Shown here piece by piece: positions 28,506 through 38,293 of a DNA stretch of 64,000 bases. This DNA comes from an uncultured Planctomycetales bacterium (GTDB taxonomy: Bacteria > Omnitrophota > Gorgyraeia > Zapsychrales > CAYRXT01), in contig CAYRXT010000009.1 in NCBI GenBank assembly GCA_964428315.1, forward strand, positions 4,514 through 68,513. Reading direction: 5' to 3'. How positions within the stretch are numbered: the first letter of the stretch is position 1; the number at the start of each line of letters is the position of its first letter. A model generated the notes under the pieces. It saw only the letters and a list, made by a program, of their open reading frames with translations. It ran no database searches and had not been told where the DNA came from. The translations under genes were made by a program, and so were the position numbers.

Positions 28506-29315
28506 ATGTATTTGACGGGAAAGCGAAGTTTCACAAAAACCATTGCCAAGGCTATCTGTCTATGCATCGGAGTTCTTGTTATTATCCTGGCCGGTTTCGG
28601 TTTGTGGATGTCGGACAAGTATGCGGTACCGATCATGATGTATCACAGCGTTCATGTCGCCGATGATTCATCCGGAAACAGTGTGAGTCCGGAAAATTTT
28701 GAATGGCAGATGCGTTATCTGCACGAGAACGGATATACCGTCATTTCTCTCCAGAAACTGGTGGACTTGATTAGAACACAAGCCCCGTTAGATGAAAGAT
28801 ATGTGGTCATCACCTTCGATGACGGTTTTGAGGATAATTATACGCACGCCTTCCCGGTATTAAAACAATACGGCTTTCCGGCCGTCGTTTTTAGTTCGAC
28901 AAGCACGCTGGGACAGGAAGGCTGGCTGAAATGGTATCAGATTTTTGAAATGCAAAAAGAGGGCGTCACTATCGGAAGCCACACCGTCACTCAGGCCTAC
29001 CTGCCGGATTTGGAGGGGGCCGCACTCCGCCGTGAAATTATGGGCAGCAAGCGTGCCCTTGAAGCCAACCTGGGTGTCCCCGTCAAATACATGTCCTACC
29101 CTACCGGAGGATTCAGCGATGAGATCAAAGAGCTTGTCCGCGAAGCGGGGTATGAGGCCGCGTGCACGACAAACCGCGGCTATGATCGGCTTAACCGGGA
29201 CGTGTATGAGCTTAACCGCATCAAATTCGGAAACAAGGACATAAACGCGATGACCATGCGGGCCAAGCTGTCGGGTTATTATAATGCGTTCCGCGCCCTG
29301 AAAGCTCCGCACTGA
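28506..29315 (+). CDS. Polysaccharide deacetylase (CE4/NodB)
   Basis: IMMYH, ITFDDG, IGSHT, SYPTG; N-terminal TM. Confidence 0.92.
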   Translation: MYLTGKRSFTKTIAKAICLCIGVLVIILAGFGLWMSDKYAVPIMMYHSVHVADDSSGNSVSPENFEWQMRYLHENGYTVISLQKLVDLIRTQAPLDERYVVITFDDGFEDNYTHAFPVLKQYGFPAVVFSSTSTLGQEGWLKWYQIFEMQKEGVTIGSHTVTQAYLPDLEGAALRREIMGSKRALEANLGVPVKYMSYPTGGFSDEIKELVREAGYEAACTTNRGYDRLNRDVYELNRIKFGNKDINAMTMRAKLSGYYNAFRALKAPH

Positions 29316-29464
29316 TCGTATCCGTCGGGCAAACCCGTTTATCCGGCACGGCAGGGTATGATTATTTTTAAGTTGGATAAAGCAGGTTGACACAGCTTTT
29401 CGCGCCAATCCGCGCCGTTTAAGAACAAGAGAAACGTTGGATTAAAACACGGAAGGGAAGCTTT

Positions 29465-32400
29465 ATGAAGAATCACCAGAATGATCGCTTCGGTCTGGAT
29501 GAGAAAGGCCGATTTGTCATCGACCAATATGACAGAAAAAAACCGTTCAGCAATTTTTTTCCGGGCATCAGCGGTTTATGGGGTATCCCGATGTGGGCCT
29601 TTTATACCAACCGCGGTCAATGCATCATGAGCTTCGGCATTGAAGGCAAAGACAAGTCCATCATGGAATTTCATCCGGCCAACAAGGCGTACCGTCGGGT
29701 TTCCACCCAGGGTTTCCGCAGTTTTTTGAAGGTGAGTACGGGCAGCCGGACTTTTTTTTACGAGCCTTTCCGTGAGCAAACCGCGTCGCCTGCTTTCCGG
29801 TGTCGGCGTTCCATGGCCATGTCGTCGCATGATCTCACGATCGAAGAATTCAATGAGACGCTGGGATTGAGCTTCCGGGTGAATTATTTCACGCTCCCGC
29901 AGGAGCCATTTGCGGGGCTGATCCGGCGCGTCCGGGTCTCGAATCATTCCCGTCGGCATTACGGGATTGAGCTGATCGACGGAATGCCTCAGATCGTTCC
30001 GTTTGGATACAATGATTTCCTCCTGAAACATCTGTCGCGGACGGTCGAGGCCTGGGTCCATGTCGAGAATATGGAAAAGAAAATGCCTTTTTTCCGGCTG
30101 AAGGTGGCCGTCTCGGACCGTCCCCAGGTCGATGAGATTTGCGAGGGGAATTTTTTCACGGCCTTTCACCAGACGGGAAAGAAAGCGAACTATCTGGAAA
30201 CGATTGTGAATCCCCTAAAAGTGTTCGGTATCAAAGAGGACCTTTCCTTTCCCGAACAGTTTTTCACCCCTGGTTCTTTCCGTATCCCCCGCGAACAGAA
30301 CGTCTTTAACACGATGCCGTGCGCCTTCAGCTATTCCCGGTGGAAGGCTGCCCCGCGTTCGGAAAAAGAGGTCCACACATTGATCGGACACGCGCACAGT
30401 GTCCAGGAGTTGAACCGCATCGTTCCGAACAGGCTCAGCGCGGCCTACATTGAAGAAAAATCCGCTGAAAACAGGGAGATCATCGATGGCATCAAGGATT
30501 ATGTCTGGACATCGAGTTCCTCCAGGATGTTTGACCTTTATTGCGGGCAGACGTTTCTGGATAACGTCCTGCGCGGAGGATTGCCTGTGTCGATGGAAAC
30601 ACATGACAAGGAGGTGTTCTTTAACGTTTTCAGCCGAAAGCACGGAGATCCTGAACGCGACTACAATCATTTTGTATTGACGCCGACCTATTTTTCCCAG
30701 GGCGAGGGTAATTACAGGGATGTCAACCAGAACCGCCGCAATGATGTCTGGTTTCATCGTTCCGTCAAGGAGAGTGCGATCGCCAACTTTCTGAACCTTG
30801 TTCAGGCGGACGGTTATAACCCGCTCGTCGTCCAGGGCACTTCTTTTTTTCCGGAAGAAGACGCGGATCCGGATGCGTTTCTCAAAGTTCATTTGGGGGA
30901 CAAACCGGACCCGCAGATCAAAGAGATCATCCGGGAAGGATTCGCGCCGGGCGATTTGTTGAAGACCATCGAGGAGAAAAAAATCCGTTTCAAGACTTCC
31001 CGCAAGGCCTTCCTCAAGGATCTTTTCTCGTCTTGCCGCAAGCGGGAATTGGCCCGCTACGGGGAAGGATTCTGGAGTGATCACTGGACATATAATCTTG
31101 ATCTTATCGAACAATTCCTCAAACTCTATCCAGAACGGCTTAAAGAAGTTCTTTTCGAAAACCGCGAGATGACCTTCTATCATAACGACCACTTTGTGCG
31201 TCCGCGGGAAGGACGTTATATCCTGACCCCGCGAGGATGCCGGCAGTATCACTCCGTGGCCGACGGAAGCGGTGAGATCCGGGTCGAGAAGGATCACATG
31301 CTGCGGATCCATAACGGAGACGGTCCGATTTATCATACGACCTTGCTTGTCAAGCTGCTGTGCCTGATCGCCAATAAGGCGGCCACCCTTGATCCAAGCG
31401 GGCTCGGGATCGAAATGGAGGCCGACAAACCGAACTGGTACGACGCCCTGAACGGATTGCCGGGGCTCATGGGGTCATCCATAAGCGAGACCTTTGAATT
31501 GCATCGTCTCTGCCGGTTTTTGTGCGGGGCCCTGGATGAGGCCGGGGTGCAAGATGATCATGAATTTGAGATATTCGAAGAACTCTTTGAGTTCATCAAG
31601 GACCTTTCGGACATCCTGGATCATCGTCCCGATGAATTAACGTATTGGAACCGGGCGAACGAAGTCAAAGAGCATTACCGTTCGCGCGTCAGGCAGGGTC
31701 TGGACGGAAAGCAGAAACATGTAACCCGGCGGGACGTAACAACTTTTTTGACTCTGGTCATGGAAAGGACCCAGAAGGCCGTCAGGTTAACCTGTAAGAA
31801 GGGGGGGCGTTTACCGACCTATTTTACGCATGAAGTTATCCGGTATGAACGGCTGGACAAGATCAGTCCCCAGGGATTCCCTTATATCTGGCCTCTCAAA
31901 TTCAAAAGACATGATCTCCCCGTTTTTCTGGAAGGTTTTGTGCACGCTATGCGCGTTGAACGGAATCCGGCCAGACTGAAAAATCTCTATAACGCGGTCC
32001 GGCAGTCAGAGTTGTACGACAAGAAACTGAAGATGTACCGGGTCAACGGTGACCTGAGCGGTGAATCTCCGGAAATTGGCCGAGCGCGCATATTCCCGCC
32101 GGGATGGCTGGAGAACCAGTCCGTCTGGCTTCACATGGAATACAAATTCCTTTTGGAACTGCTCAAAGGAGGCTTGTATGACGAATTTTACAACAATTTG
32201 CCTCAAACCCTTGTCCCGTTTCTCAAGCCCGAGCGGTATGCGAGGAGCACTTTGGAGAACTCCTCCTTTATCGTGAGCAGCGTCCACCCCAACGAGGACC
32301 AGCACGGCCAGGGATTTGTCTCCCGTCTGAGCGGTTCCACGGCGGAGATTGTCCATATGTGGCTCATCATGAACATCGGTCCGACGCCTTTCCGGATGAA

Positions 32401-32734
32401 CGGCAAGAGGGAGTTGACTTTGACATTTCAGCCTGTCCTGGCAGGATGGTTGTTCACTAATAAGGGCAAACGCCAAATCTTGCCGAATAACAAAGCCGTG
32501 TCGCTTCCCAAGAACACCTATGCCTTCATGCTTCTGGGTACGGTACCGGTTGTTTATCACAACCCGCGGAGACTGAATACTTATGGCGCAAAGGCCGCCC
32601 GGATCGGACGGATCGATTTGCACTACCACCATCATAATAAAACGGTGAGTGTGGATGGCGCGGTTTTGGAGGCGCCTTACGCGGAAGATGTCCGGCAGGG
32701 ACAAGTGGCCCGGATTGACGTGTATTTCCGCTGA
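29465..32734 (+). CDS. Large glycoside phosphorylase, GH161-like (beta-1,3-glucan phosphorylase type)
   Basis: KKPFSNFFPGISG.WGIPMWAFYTNRGQ, FSRKHGD.ERDYN.F, QGEGNYRDVNQNRR, QADGYNPL, KPNWYDALNGLPG, WLENQSVWLHMEYK, RLSGSTAE; 1089 aa. Confidence 0.75.
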   Translation: MKNHQNDRFGLDEKGRFVIDQYDRKKPFSNFFPGISGLWGIPMWAFYTNRGQCIMSFGIEGKDKSIMEFHPANKAYRRVSTQGFRSFLKVSTGSRTFFYEPFREQTASPAFRCRRSMAMSSHDLTIEEFNETLGLSFRVNYFTLPQEPFAGLIRRVRVSNHSRRHYGIELIDGMPQIVPFGYNDFLLKHLSRTVEAWVHVENMEKKMPFFRLKVAVSDRPQVDEICEGNFFTAFHQTGKKANYLETIVNPLKVFGIKEDLSFPEQFFTPGSFRIPREQNVFNTMPCAFSYSRWKAAPRSEKEVHTLIGHAHSVQELNRIVPNRLSAAYIEEKSAENREIIDGIKDYVWTSSSSRMFDLYCGQTFLDNVLRGGLPVSMETHDKEVFFNVFSRKHGDPERDYNHFVLTPTYFSQGEGNYRDVNQNRRNDVWFHRSVKESAIANFLNLVQADGYNPLVVQGTSFFPEEDADPDAFLKVHLGDKPDPQIKEIIREGFAPGDLLKTIEEKKIRFKTSRKAFLKDLFSSCRKRELARYGEGFWSDHWTYNLDLIEQFLKLYPERLKEVLFENREMTFYHNDHFVRPREGRYILTPRGCRQYHSVADGSGEIRVEKDHMLRIHNGDGPIYHTTLLVKLLCLIANKAATLDPSGLGIEMEADKPNWYDALNGLPGLMGSSISETFELHRLCRFLCGALDEAGVQDDHEFEIFEELFEFIKDLSDILDHRPDELTYWNRANEVKEHYRSRVRQGLDGKQKHVTRRDVTTFLTLVMERTQKAVRLTCKKGGRLPTYFTHEVIRYERLDKISPQGFPYIWPLKFKRHDLPVFLEGFVHAMRVERNPARLKNLYNAVRQSELYDKKLKMYRVNGDLSGESPEIGRARIFPPGWLENQSVWLHMEYKFLLELLKGGLYDEFYNNLPQTLVPFLKPERYARSTLENSSFIVSSVHPNEDQHGQGFVSRLSGSTAEIVHMWLIMNIGPTPFRMNGKRELTLTFQPVLAGWLFTNKGKRQILPNNKAVSLPKNTYAFMLLGTVPVVYHNPRRLNTYGAKAARIGRIDLHYHHHNKTVSVDGAVLEAPYAEDVRQGQVARIDVYFR

Positions 32735-32788
32735 TCCCCTGCACATCAAACGAACTCATGTCATAATGATTTAAAACGGAGGTCGATT

Positions 32789-33784
32789 ATGGCAAGTCAG
32801 GATATTACCGCTCTTAACGCCAAAGTCAAAAAAGAGAACGCCTTTCTCGAGGCCCTGTTTGTGGAAATGGAAAAGGTGATCGTGGGGCAAAAAAGCCTCT
32901 TGGAACGCCTGCTGGTCGGGCTTCTGGCCAACGGTCATATACTCATTGAAGGCGTTCCCGGTCTTGCGAAGACGATGGCCGTGAAAACTCTTTCCTCCGT
33001 CATTCGGACCAGATTTCAGCGTATCCAGTTTACGCCTGATATGCTTCCGGCCGACCTGACCGGCACCTTGATCTATGAGCAGAAGACCGGGAATTTTTTC
33101 ACGAAAAAAGGCCCTATTTTTGCCAATATCATCCTGGCGGACGAGATCAACCGATCGCCGGCCAAGGTGCAAAGCGCGCTACTTGAGGCCATGCAGGAGA
33201 GGCAGGTCACGATCGGGGAGCAGACGCTTCCCTTAGAGGAACCGTTTTTGGTCCTGGCGACACAGAACCCTATTGAACAGGAGGGCACGTATCCTCTGCC
33301 CGAGGCCCAGGTTGACCGCTTTATGCTTAAGGTCAAAGTGGGATATCCTTCCAAAGAGGAGGAGCTGAAGATCCTACGGCGGATGTCTTTCACCTATAAG
33401 AAGATTGCCGTGCAGCCCATCGTGACCCCCGAGGATATCCTCCGGGCCAGGAGCGTAGTGGATGAAATCTACATGGATGAGAAGATCGAACAATATATCG
33501 TTGATATTGTGGAGGCGACACGGCATCCGCAGACATGCCATTTGGAAGATATCGTTCCGCTTATTCAGTATGGCGCGTCTCCCCGGGCTACCATCTCTTT
33601 GACACTGGCCTCCAAGGCCTACGCCTTTTTGCAGGGGCGGGGATACGTCACGCCGCAAGATGTCAAATCCATCGGGATGGATGTCCTGCGACACAGGTTG
33701 ATTATCAGCTATGAAGCCGAGGCGGAGGAAAAGACATCGGAAGATTTAATCCAGCGTATTTTTGACAAAGTGGAAGTCCCTTGA
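32789..33784 (+). CDS. moxR: MoxR family AAA+ ATPase
   Basis: GHILIEGVPGLAKT, RIQFTPD, ADEINR.PAKVQSALLEAMQE, ATQNPIEQEGTYPLPEAQVDRF. Confidence 0.97.
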   Translation: MASQDITALNAKVKKENAFLEALFVEMEKVIVGQKSLLERLLVGLLANGHILIEGVPGLAKTMAVKTLSSVIRTRFQRIQFTPDMLPADLTGTLIYEQKTGNFFTKKGPIFANIILADEINRSPAKVQSALLEAMQERQVTIGEQTLPLEEPFLVLATQNPIEQEGTYPLPEAQVDRFMLKVKVGYPSKEEELKILRRMSFTYKKIAVQPIVTPEDILRARSVVDEIYMDEKIEQYIVDIVEATRHPQTCHLEDIVPLIQYGASPRATISLTLASKAYAFLQGRGYVTPQDVKSIGMDVLRHRLIISYEAEAEEKTSEDLIQRIFDKVEVP

Positions 33785-33914
33785 TCCGTCTCCGCCTTCA
33801 TGCTGCGGATGCAAGTCCGAAGTTAAAAAGAGCGGATCAACGAGATTTCGCCGAAGAAATACTAGATGCCACGAGCGCAACCTCGGGCAGCTTCATTCTC
33901 GCGGTTTATGATCC
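33782..33914. other. Structured intergenic insert bounded by TGATCC direct repeats
   Basis: TGATCC at 33782-33787 and 33909-33914; internal hairpins TTGATCCG...CGGATCAA and TGCC-ACGAG...CTCG-GGCA. Confidence 0.45.
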
Positions 33915-34822
33915 CTAGAGACATTCTCAAAAATATCCGGCGTATCGAGATCACGTCATCCCGGCTGGTTACGGATGTGTTCGCGGGACAGTATCACAGC
34001 GTGTTCAAAGGCCGCGGGATGGAATTCGACGAGGTCCGCGAATACCAGATGGGCGACGACGTGCGGATGATTGACCGCAATGTCACCGCCCGGACGGGCC
34101 GGCCGCATGTGAAAAAGTATGTCGAGGAGAGAGAGATGACGGTCATGGTCCTCGTCGATCTTTCAAGTTCATGCCATTTTGGGAGCGTCCGCTGCCTGAA
34201 AAATAAACTGGCCGCCGAACTGGCTGCCGTCCTGGCGTTTTCTGCCGTCCGCAACAATGATAAAGTCGGGCTGATACTTTTTACCGACCGCGTGGAAAAG
34301 TTTATTCCGCCGCGAAAAGGTTTGCGGCATGTCCTGCGCGTTATCCGGGAGGTCCTTTATTACCGGCCCCGGGGCATCAGCACGGATATAGCCGCGGCCT
34401 TGGATTTTCTCAACAAGGTCACAACCCGGCGCTCCGTGGCCTTTCTTATTTCTGATTTCCTTGAGCCGGGCATGACCCAGGACGCCTATCTGAAGGGAGA
34501 CTATCGTTTCCGGAATGCCCTGACCGTGGGTAACAGGCGCCATGATATTATCGCCGTGACGTTAACCGATCCCCGAGAATGGGATATGCCGCCCTGCGGC
34601 TTGGTCGTCCTTGACGATGCCGAGACCGGGCACAGCGGGATAGTCGACACCACTGATCCGGTTTTCCGCCGGCGTTACCGGGATACCGCCGTCCGCCGTT
34701 TGAACAGCCGGAAGACATTTTTTGGCGCTTTGGGCATTGACCACATCGACATTTATACTCATGAGCCTTACACCCGGGAGATCGTCAAGTTTTTCAAGAA
34801 GAGGCAAAGGAAGATCCTTTGA
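33908..34822 (+). CDS. DUF58 family protein
   Basis: YHSVFKGRGMEFDEVREYQ.GDDVR.ID.NVTAR, EERE, DLSSS, ISDF. Confidence 0.95.
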   Translation: MIPRDILKNIRRIEITSSRLVTDVFAGQYHSVFKGRGMEFDEVREYQMGDDVRMIDRNVTARTGRPHVKKYVEEREMTVMVLVDLSSSCHFGSVRCLKNKLAAELAAVLAFSAVRNNDKVGLILFTDRVEKFIPPRKGLRHVLRVIREVLYYRPRGISTDIAAALDFLNKVTTRRSVAFLISDFLEPGMTQDAYLKGDYRFRNALTVGNRRHDIIAVTLTDPREWDMPPCGLVVLDDAETGHSGIVDTTDPVFRRRYRDTAVRRLNSRKTFFGALGIDHIDIYTHEPYTREIVKFFKKRQRKIL

Positions 34823-35418
34823 TGAATCATCCGTTTCTCAAAGCGTTCATCACAGCGCCCGTTTTGTCCGTCTTTTTCCCGGGCGATGTCAGCGCGCAGG
34901 AGCTGCGTGACATAAGAGGCCCGGTGGGATTGCCGTTCCCCTTTGTGCCTTTTATTCTTCTCGTCGTTGTTTTGACTCTCGCGGCAGGCGCTTTTTTCCT
35001 ATGGCGGCTGAGGAGAAGGAGGGAGGATCAAGGGGGGGCGGAGCCGGCCGCGCGATCTTTTGATGAAATCGCCCGCGAACGCCTGCGGCTTCTTTTTGAG
35101 CGTCAATGGCCACGGCAGGGTAAGATCAAAGAATACTATTCCGAATTATCGGATATTGTCCGCCGTTACATTGAAGGCCGCTATTCGATCAGGGCCACGG
35201 AGATGACGACAGAGGAGTTTCTTCAACATATCCGGGAGACGGATGTTTTGGAAACACGTCACAAGGTTCTTCTTGAGGAATTCCTCAGGTCGTGCGATAT
35301 GGTCAAGTTTGCCAGATACGGTCCGACGATGGAAGAGATGGAGGAGGGTTTCCGCCGGGCCGGGGCTTTTGTCGATCAAACCGCGCTCAAGGAACAGCCG
35401 GCGGGAGAACAACCATAA
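34819..35418 (+). CDS. Bat-operon membrane protein (DUF4381-like)
   Basis: ELRDIRGPV, TM helix, YYSELSDIVRRYIE, EMTTEE, CDMVKFA. Confidence 0.8.
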   Translation: MMNHPFLKAFITAPVLSVFFPGDVSAQELRDIRGPVGLPFPFVPFILLVVVLTLAAGAFFLWRLRRRREDQGGAEPAARSFDEIARERLRLLFERQWPRQGKIKEYYSELSDIVRRYIEGRYSIRATEMTTEEFLQHIRETDVLETRHKVLLEEFLRSCDMVKFARYGPTMEEMEEGFRRAGAFVDQTALKEQPAGEQP

Positions 35419-35428
35419 GGGCCAGCAT

Positions 35429-36421
35429 ATGATTTTCCGATCCCCCTGGATCCTGTCTTTATTCGTATTGCTTCCTTTCGTATTCGCTTTGAACCGGCGG
35501 AGGCCTCTGCCCGCTTTCCGTTTTTCGAGTCTTGCGTTCACCGGTTATCCCCGTGCCGGATGGCGCCTGCGGCTGTTCCCCTGCCTCTTTTTTTTGCGGT
35601 TCGCCGCCGCAGCCCTTGTGATCGTGGCCCTCGCCGGTCCAAGGCGGATCCTGAAAGAGGTCAATATCCCCTCGGAAGGGATTGATATCGTTTTGGCCAT
35701 TGACGCTTCGGGAAGCATGGCGGCGGAGGATTTCAGGCTTAATGGACAGAGGTACAACCGCTTGACGGTCGTCAAAGACGTGGTCCAGGATTTTATCGTC
35801 CAGCGTAGGTCCGACCGGCTGGCCTTGGTGGCTTTTGCCGGACGGGCCTATACGGTGTGTCCCCTGACGACCGATTACACCTGGTTGGAGAAGAATCTTG
35901 AGAGGATCGATCTGGGTATTATCGAGGACGGGACCGCCGTGGGTTCCGCTATTGCATCGTCTTTGAGCCGGCTGGAAAACAGCCGCGCCAAGAGCCGTGT
36001 CATTATACTGTTGACCGACGGGGTGAATAACGCCGGCAAGATCGATCCGGTCACGGCGGCAAAAACAGCCGCGGCCCTGGGTGTGAAGATCTATACCATC
36101 GGCGCCGGGACAAAAGGTCCGGTGCCCTTTCCGGTTAAAGATCCATGGGGGAGGACGGTTTACCGCCGGGTCCAGATCGAGCTTGACGAAAAGGCGCTTA
36201 AGGAGATTGCCCGTTTAACGGAGGGCGAATATTTTGTGGCTACCGATACGGAGTCGTTACGCCGTGTCTACCAAGAAATAGACGCCATGGAAAAGACCCT
36301 CATCGAGAAGAGCGGGTATAAGGAATATGAAGAATTGTTCCCGTATTTTCTTTTTCCGGCTATGGGGATGCTGCTGTTAGAGATCATTTTATCCCGGACT
36401 GTTTTTTTGAGGATTCCCTGA
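35429..36421 (+). CDS. batA: VWA-domain protein, BatA-like
   Basis: GIDIVLAIDASGSM (MIDAS), DRLALVAFAG, GTAVG, LLTDG, IYTIG. Confidence 0.9.
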   Translation: MIFRSPWILSLFVLLPFVFALNRRRPLPAFRFSSLAFTGYPRAGWRLRLFPCLFFLRFAAAALVIVALAGPRRILKEVNIPSEGIDIVLAIDASGSMAAEDFRLNGQRYNRLTVVKDVVQDFIVQRRSDRLALVAFAGRAYTVCPLTTDYTWLEKNLERIDLGIIEDGTAVGSAIASSLSRLENSRAKSRVIILLTDGVNNAGKIDPVTAAKTAAALGVKIYTIGAGTKGPVPFPVKDPWGRTVYRRVQIELDEKALKEIARLTEGEYFVATDTESLRRVYQEIDAMEKTLIEKSGYKEYEELFPYFLFPAMGMLLLEIILSRTVFLRIP

Positions 36422-36422
36422 T

Positions 36423-37421
36423 ATGAGGTTTGTCTCTCCCCAATCCGGTTATCTGTTCATGGCCGTTGCGGCCGTGGCGGTCTTCATTTATTTATCCGTC
36501 CGCCGCCGCAGAAGGAACATGACGCAATTCGTGGCGACAGAATTTCATGAAGACATGGCGCCTTCGGTGCAAAGGCGGAATATGACGTGGAAGAACATGC
36601 TGCTCGTCGCGGCCTTTGTCTTCGCTGTTTTGGCCCTTATGCGCCCCCAGTGGGGTTTTCACTGGCAGGAGGTCAAGCGCCAAGGGCTCGACATCTTTGT
36701 GGCGGTCGACGTTTCTAGGAGCATGCTTACGGAAGACATCCGTCCCAACCGTCTCGAACGATCAAAACTGGCCGTCCGGGACCTTGTTAAAAAATTGCGG
36801 GGTGACCGCATCGGGCTTATCGCGTTTGCCGGCAAGGGATTTTTGGTCTGCCCTCTGACGGTGGATTATAAGGGATTCCTTTTGACCTTGGATGACCTTT
36901 CCCCGGAAGTCATCCCCAAGGGCGGGACCAATCTCGCCGATGCGATCGACAAGGCCCTGCGGGATTATGCGGAAGTCCCCGGCCAATATAAGACGCTCAT
37001 CATGATCACCGACGGAGAGAATCTGCAGGGAAATCCCCTTGCGCGGGCCGAGGCCGCGGCTGAAGCGGGGGTGCGCATTTTTTGTGTCGGCGTCGGCACA
37101 CGGAAAGGCGAACTGATCCGCGTCACGGGGCCGGACGGCAGCTCTTCCTTTCTGAAAGATGCGGAGGGTCAGTATGTCAAGTCCAGGCTCAATGAAGCAC
37201 TGCTGCAAAAGATCGCCTTAGCCACGGGAGGCATGTATGTGCGCGCCAGCGGCGCCGAATTCGGCCTTGAGCTGATCTACGACCAGAGGCTCGCGCAACT
37301 GGAGCGAAGAGAGATTGAGGGGAAGATGAAAAAGATTTATCATGAACGATATCAGATCCCCCTGGGCCTGTTCCTTGTCTGTCTGTTGGGTGAGATGCTA
37401 ATCCCGGAGAGAAAGGGATGA
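36423..37421 (+). CDS. batB: VWA-domain protein, BatB-like
   Basis: RPQWG, DVSRSM, PNRLERSK, DRIGLIAFAG, ITDGE. Confidence 0.9.
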   Translation: MRFVSPQSGYLFMAVAAVAVFIYLSVRRRRRNMTQFVATEFHEDMAPSVQRRNMTWKNMLLVAAFVFAVLALMRPQWGFHWQEVKRQGLDIFVAVDVSRSMLTEDIRPNRLERSKLAVRDLVKKLRGDRIGLIAFAGKGFLVCPLTVDYKGFLLTLDDLSPEVIPKGGTNLADAIDKALRDYAEVPGQYKTLIMITDGENLQGNPLARAEAAAEAGVRIFCVGVGTRKGELIRVTGPDGSSSFLKDAEGQYVKSRLNEALLQKIALATGGMYVRASGAEFGLELIYDQRLAQLERREIEGKMKKIYHERYQIPLGLFLVCLLGEMLIPERKG

Positions 37422-38293
37422 AAAAAAAATTTGTATTTGTTATAATCGTGTTGATTTCTGCGGGGTCGGCCGAGGGGGCTTCTCCCCGGACGCTTGTCCG
37501 CCGGGGAAACGAACTCTTTCAACAAGAAGAGTACGACAAGGCCCTGGGGATGTATGAGAAGGCCCTCAAAGAGGATCCCGAATCGCCTGTTGTCAATTTT
37601 GATATCGGGACGGTTTTATACAAAAATGAAGAATATGCCGCGGCGGGACGTCATTTCAATGCCGCCTTGTTAAGTGAAGACGAGAGGATCCGGCAGAATG
37701 CCCATTATAATCTTGGGAATACCCATTATCATTTAGGCCTGGAAAAAGAAGACGAGGCGCCCACGCAGGCCATGCATCATTTTGAAAACGCCCTTACGCA
37801 TTACGAGCGGGCCCTGGCTGAAGACCCCTCGGATGAAGATGCGCAATATAATCGGGAGATCGTGAAAAAGGAACTCGAACGGTTAAAGGAGAAATTGGAA
37901 AAACAAAAACAGCAGGATACACGCCAGGAAGAACAGAAGAAAGAACAACCGGAAGAGGAGAAGGAAAAACAGCGGGAAGAGCAGGAGATGTCCTCACAGC
38001 CGCAGGAGAAGAATACCGAGAAAAAGACCGAAGGGAAACAGGACAAGGAGTCAACAAAAGAAGACGGCAAGCCTCTTGACCGACAAAATCTCCGGTGGGA
38101 CGGGAACACAGAGGGCCGTCCCGCAGGGGGAGAGGATGATGAAGAGGGTGACGGTGAAAGGGAAGGCATGTCGAAACGGGAGGCCCGGACTCTTTTGGAA
38201 AGTTATCAACAAAGCGAGGAGCCGGAACGCCTGTTGAATTTCGAACTATTGAAACAGAAGAGGTCGTTTGAAGATGTCGAGAAAGATTGGTAA
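37418..38293 (+). CDS. batC: TPR protein, BatC-like
   Basis: Signal peptide, TPRs (AHYNLGN, DAQYN), Q/E/K low-complexity tail, terminal EKDW. Confidence 0.85.
   Translation: MKKKFVFVIIVLISAGSAEGASPRTLVRRGNELFQQEEYDKALGMYEKALKEDPESPVVNFDIGTVLYKNEEYAAAGRHFNAALLSEDERIRQNAHYNLGNTHYHLGLEKEDEAPTQAMHHFENALTHYERALAEDPSDEDAQYNREIVKKELERLKEKLEKQKQQDTRQEEQKKEQPEEEKEKQREEQEMSSQPQEKNTEKKTEGKQDKESTKEDGKPLDRQNLRWDGNTEGRPAGGEDDEEGDGEREGMSKREARTLLESYQQSEEPERLLNFELLKQKRSFEDVEKDW

Noticed and set aside
37880-38170. Low-complexity Q/E/K-rich repeat-like DNA
   Set aside because: Normal acidic/Gln-rich linker of BatC-type proteins.
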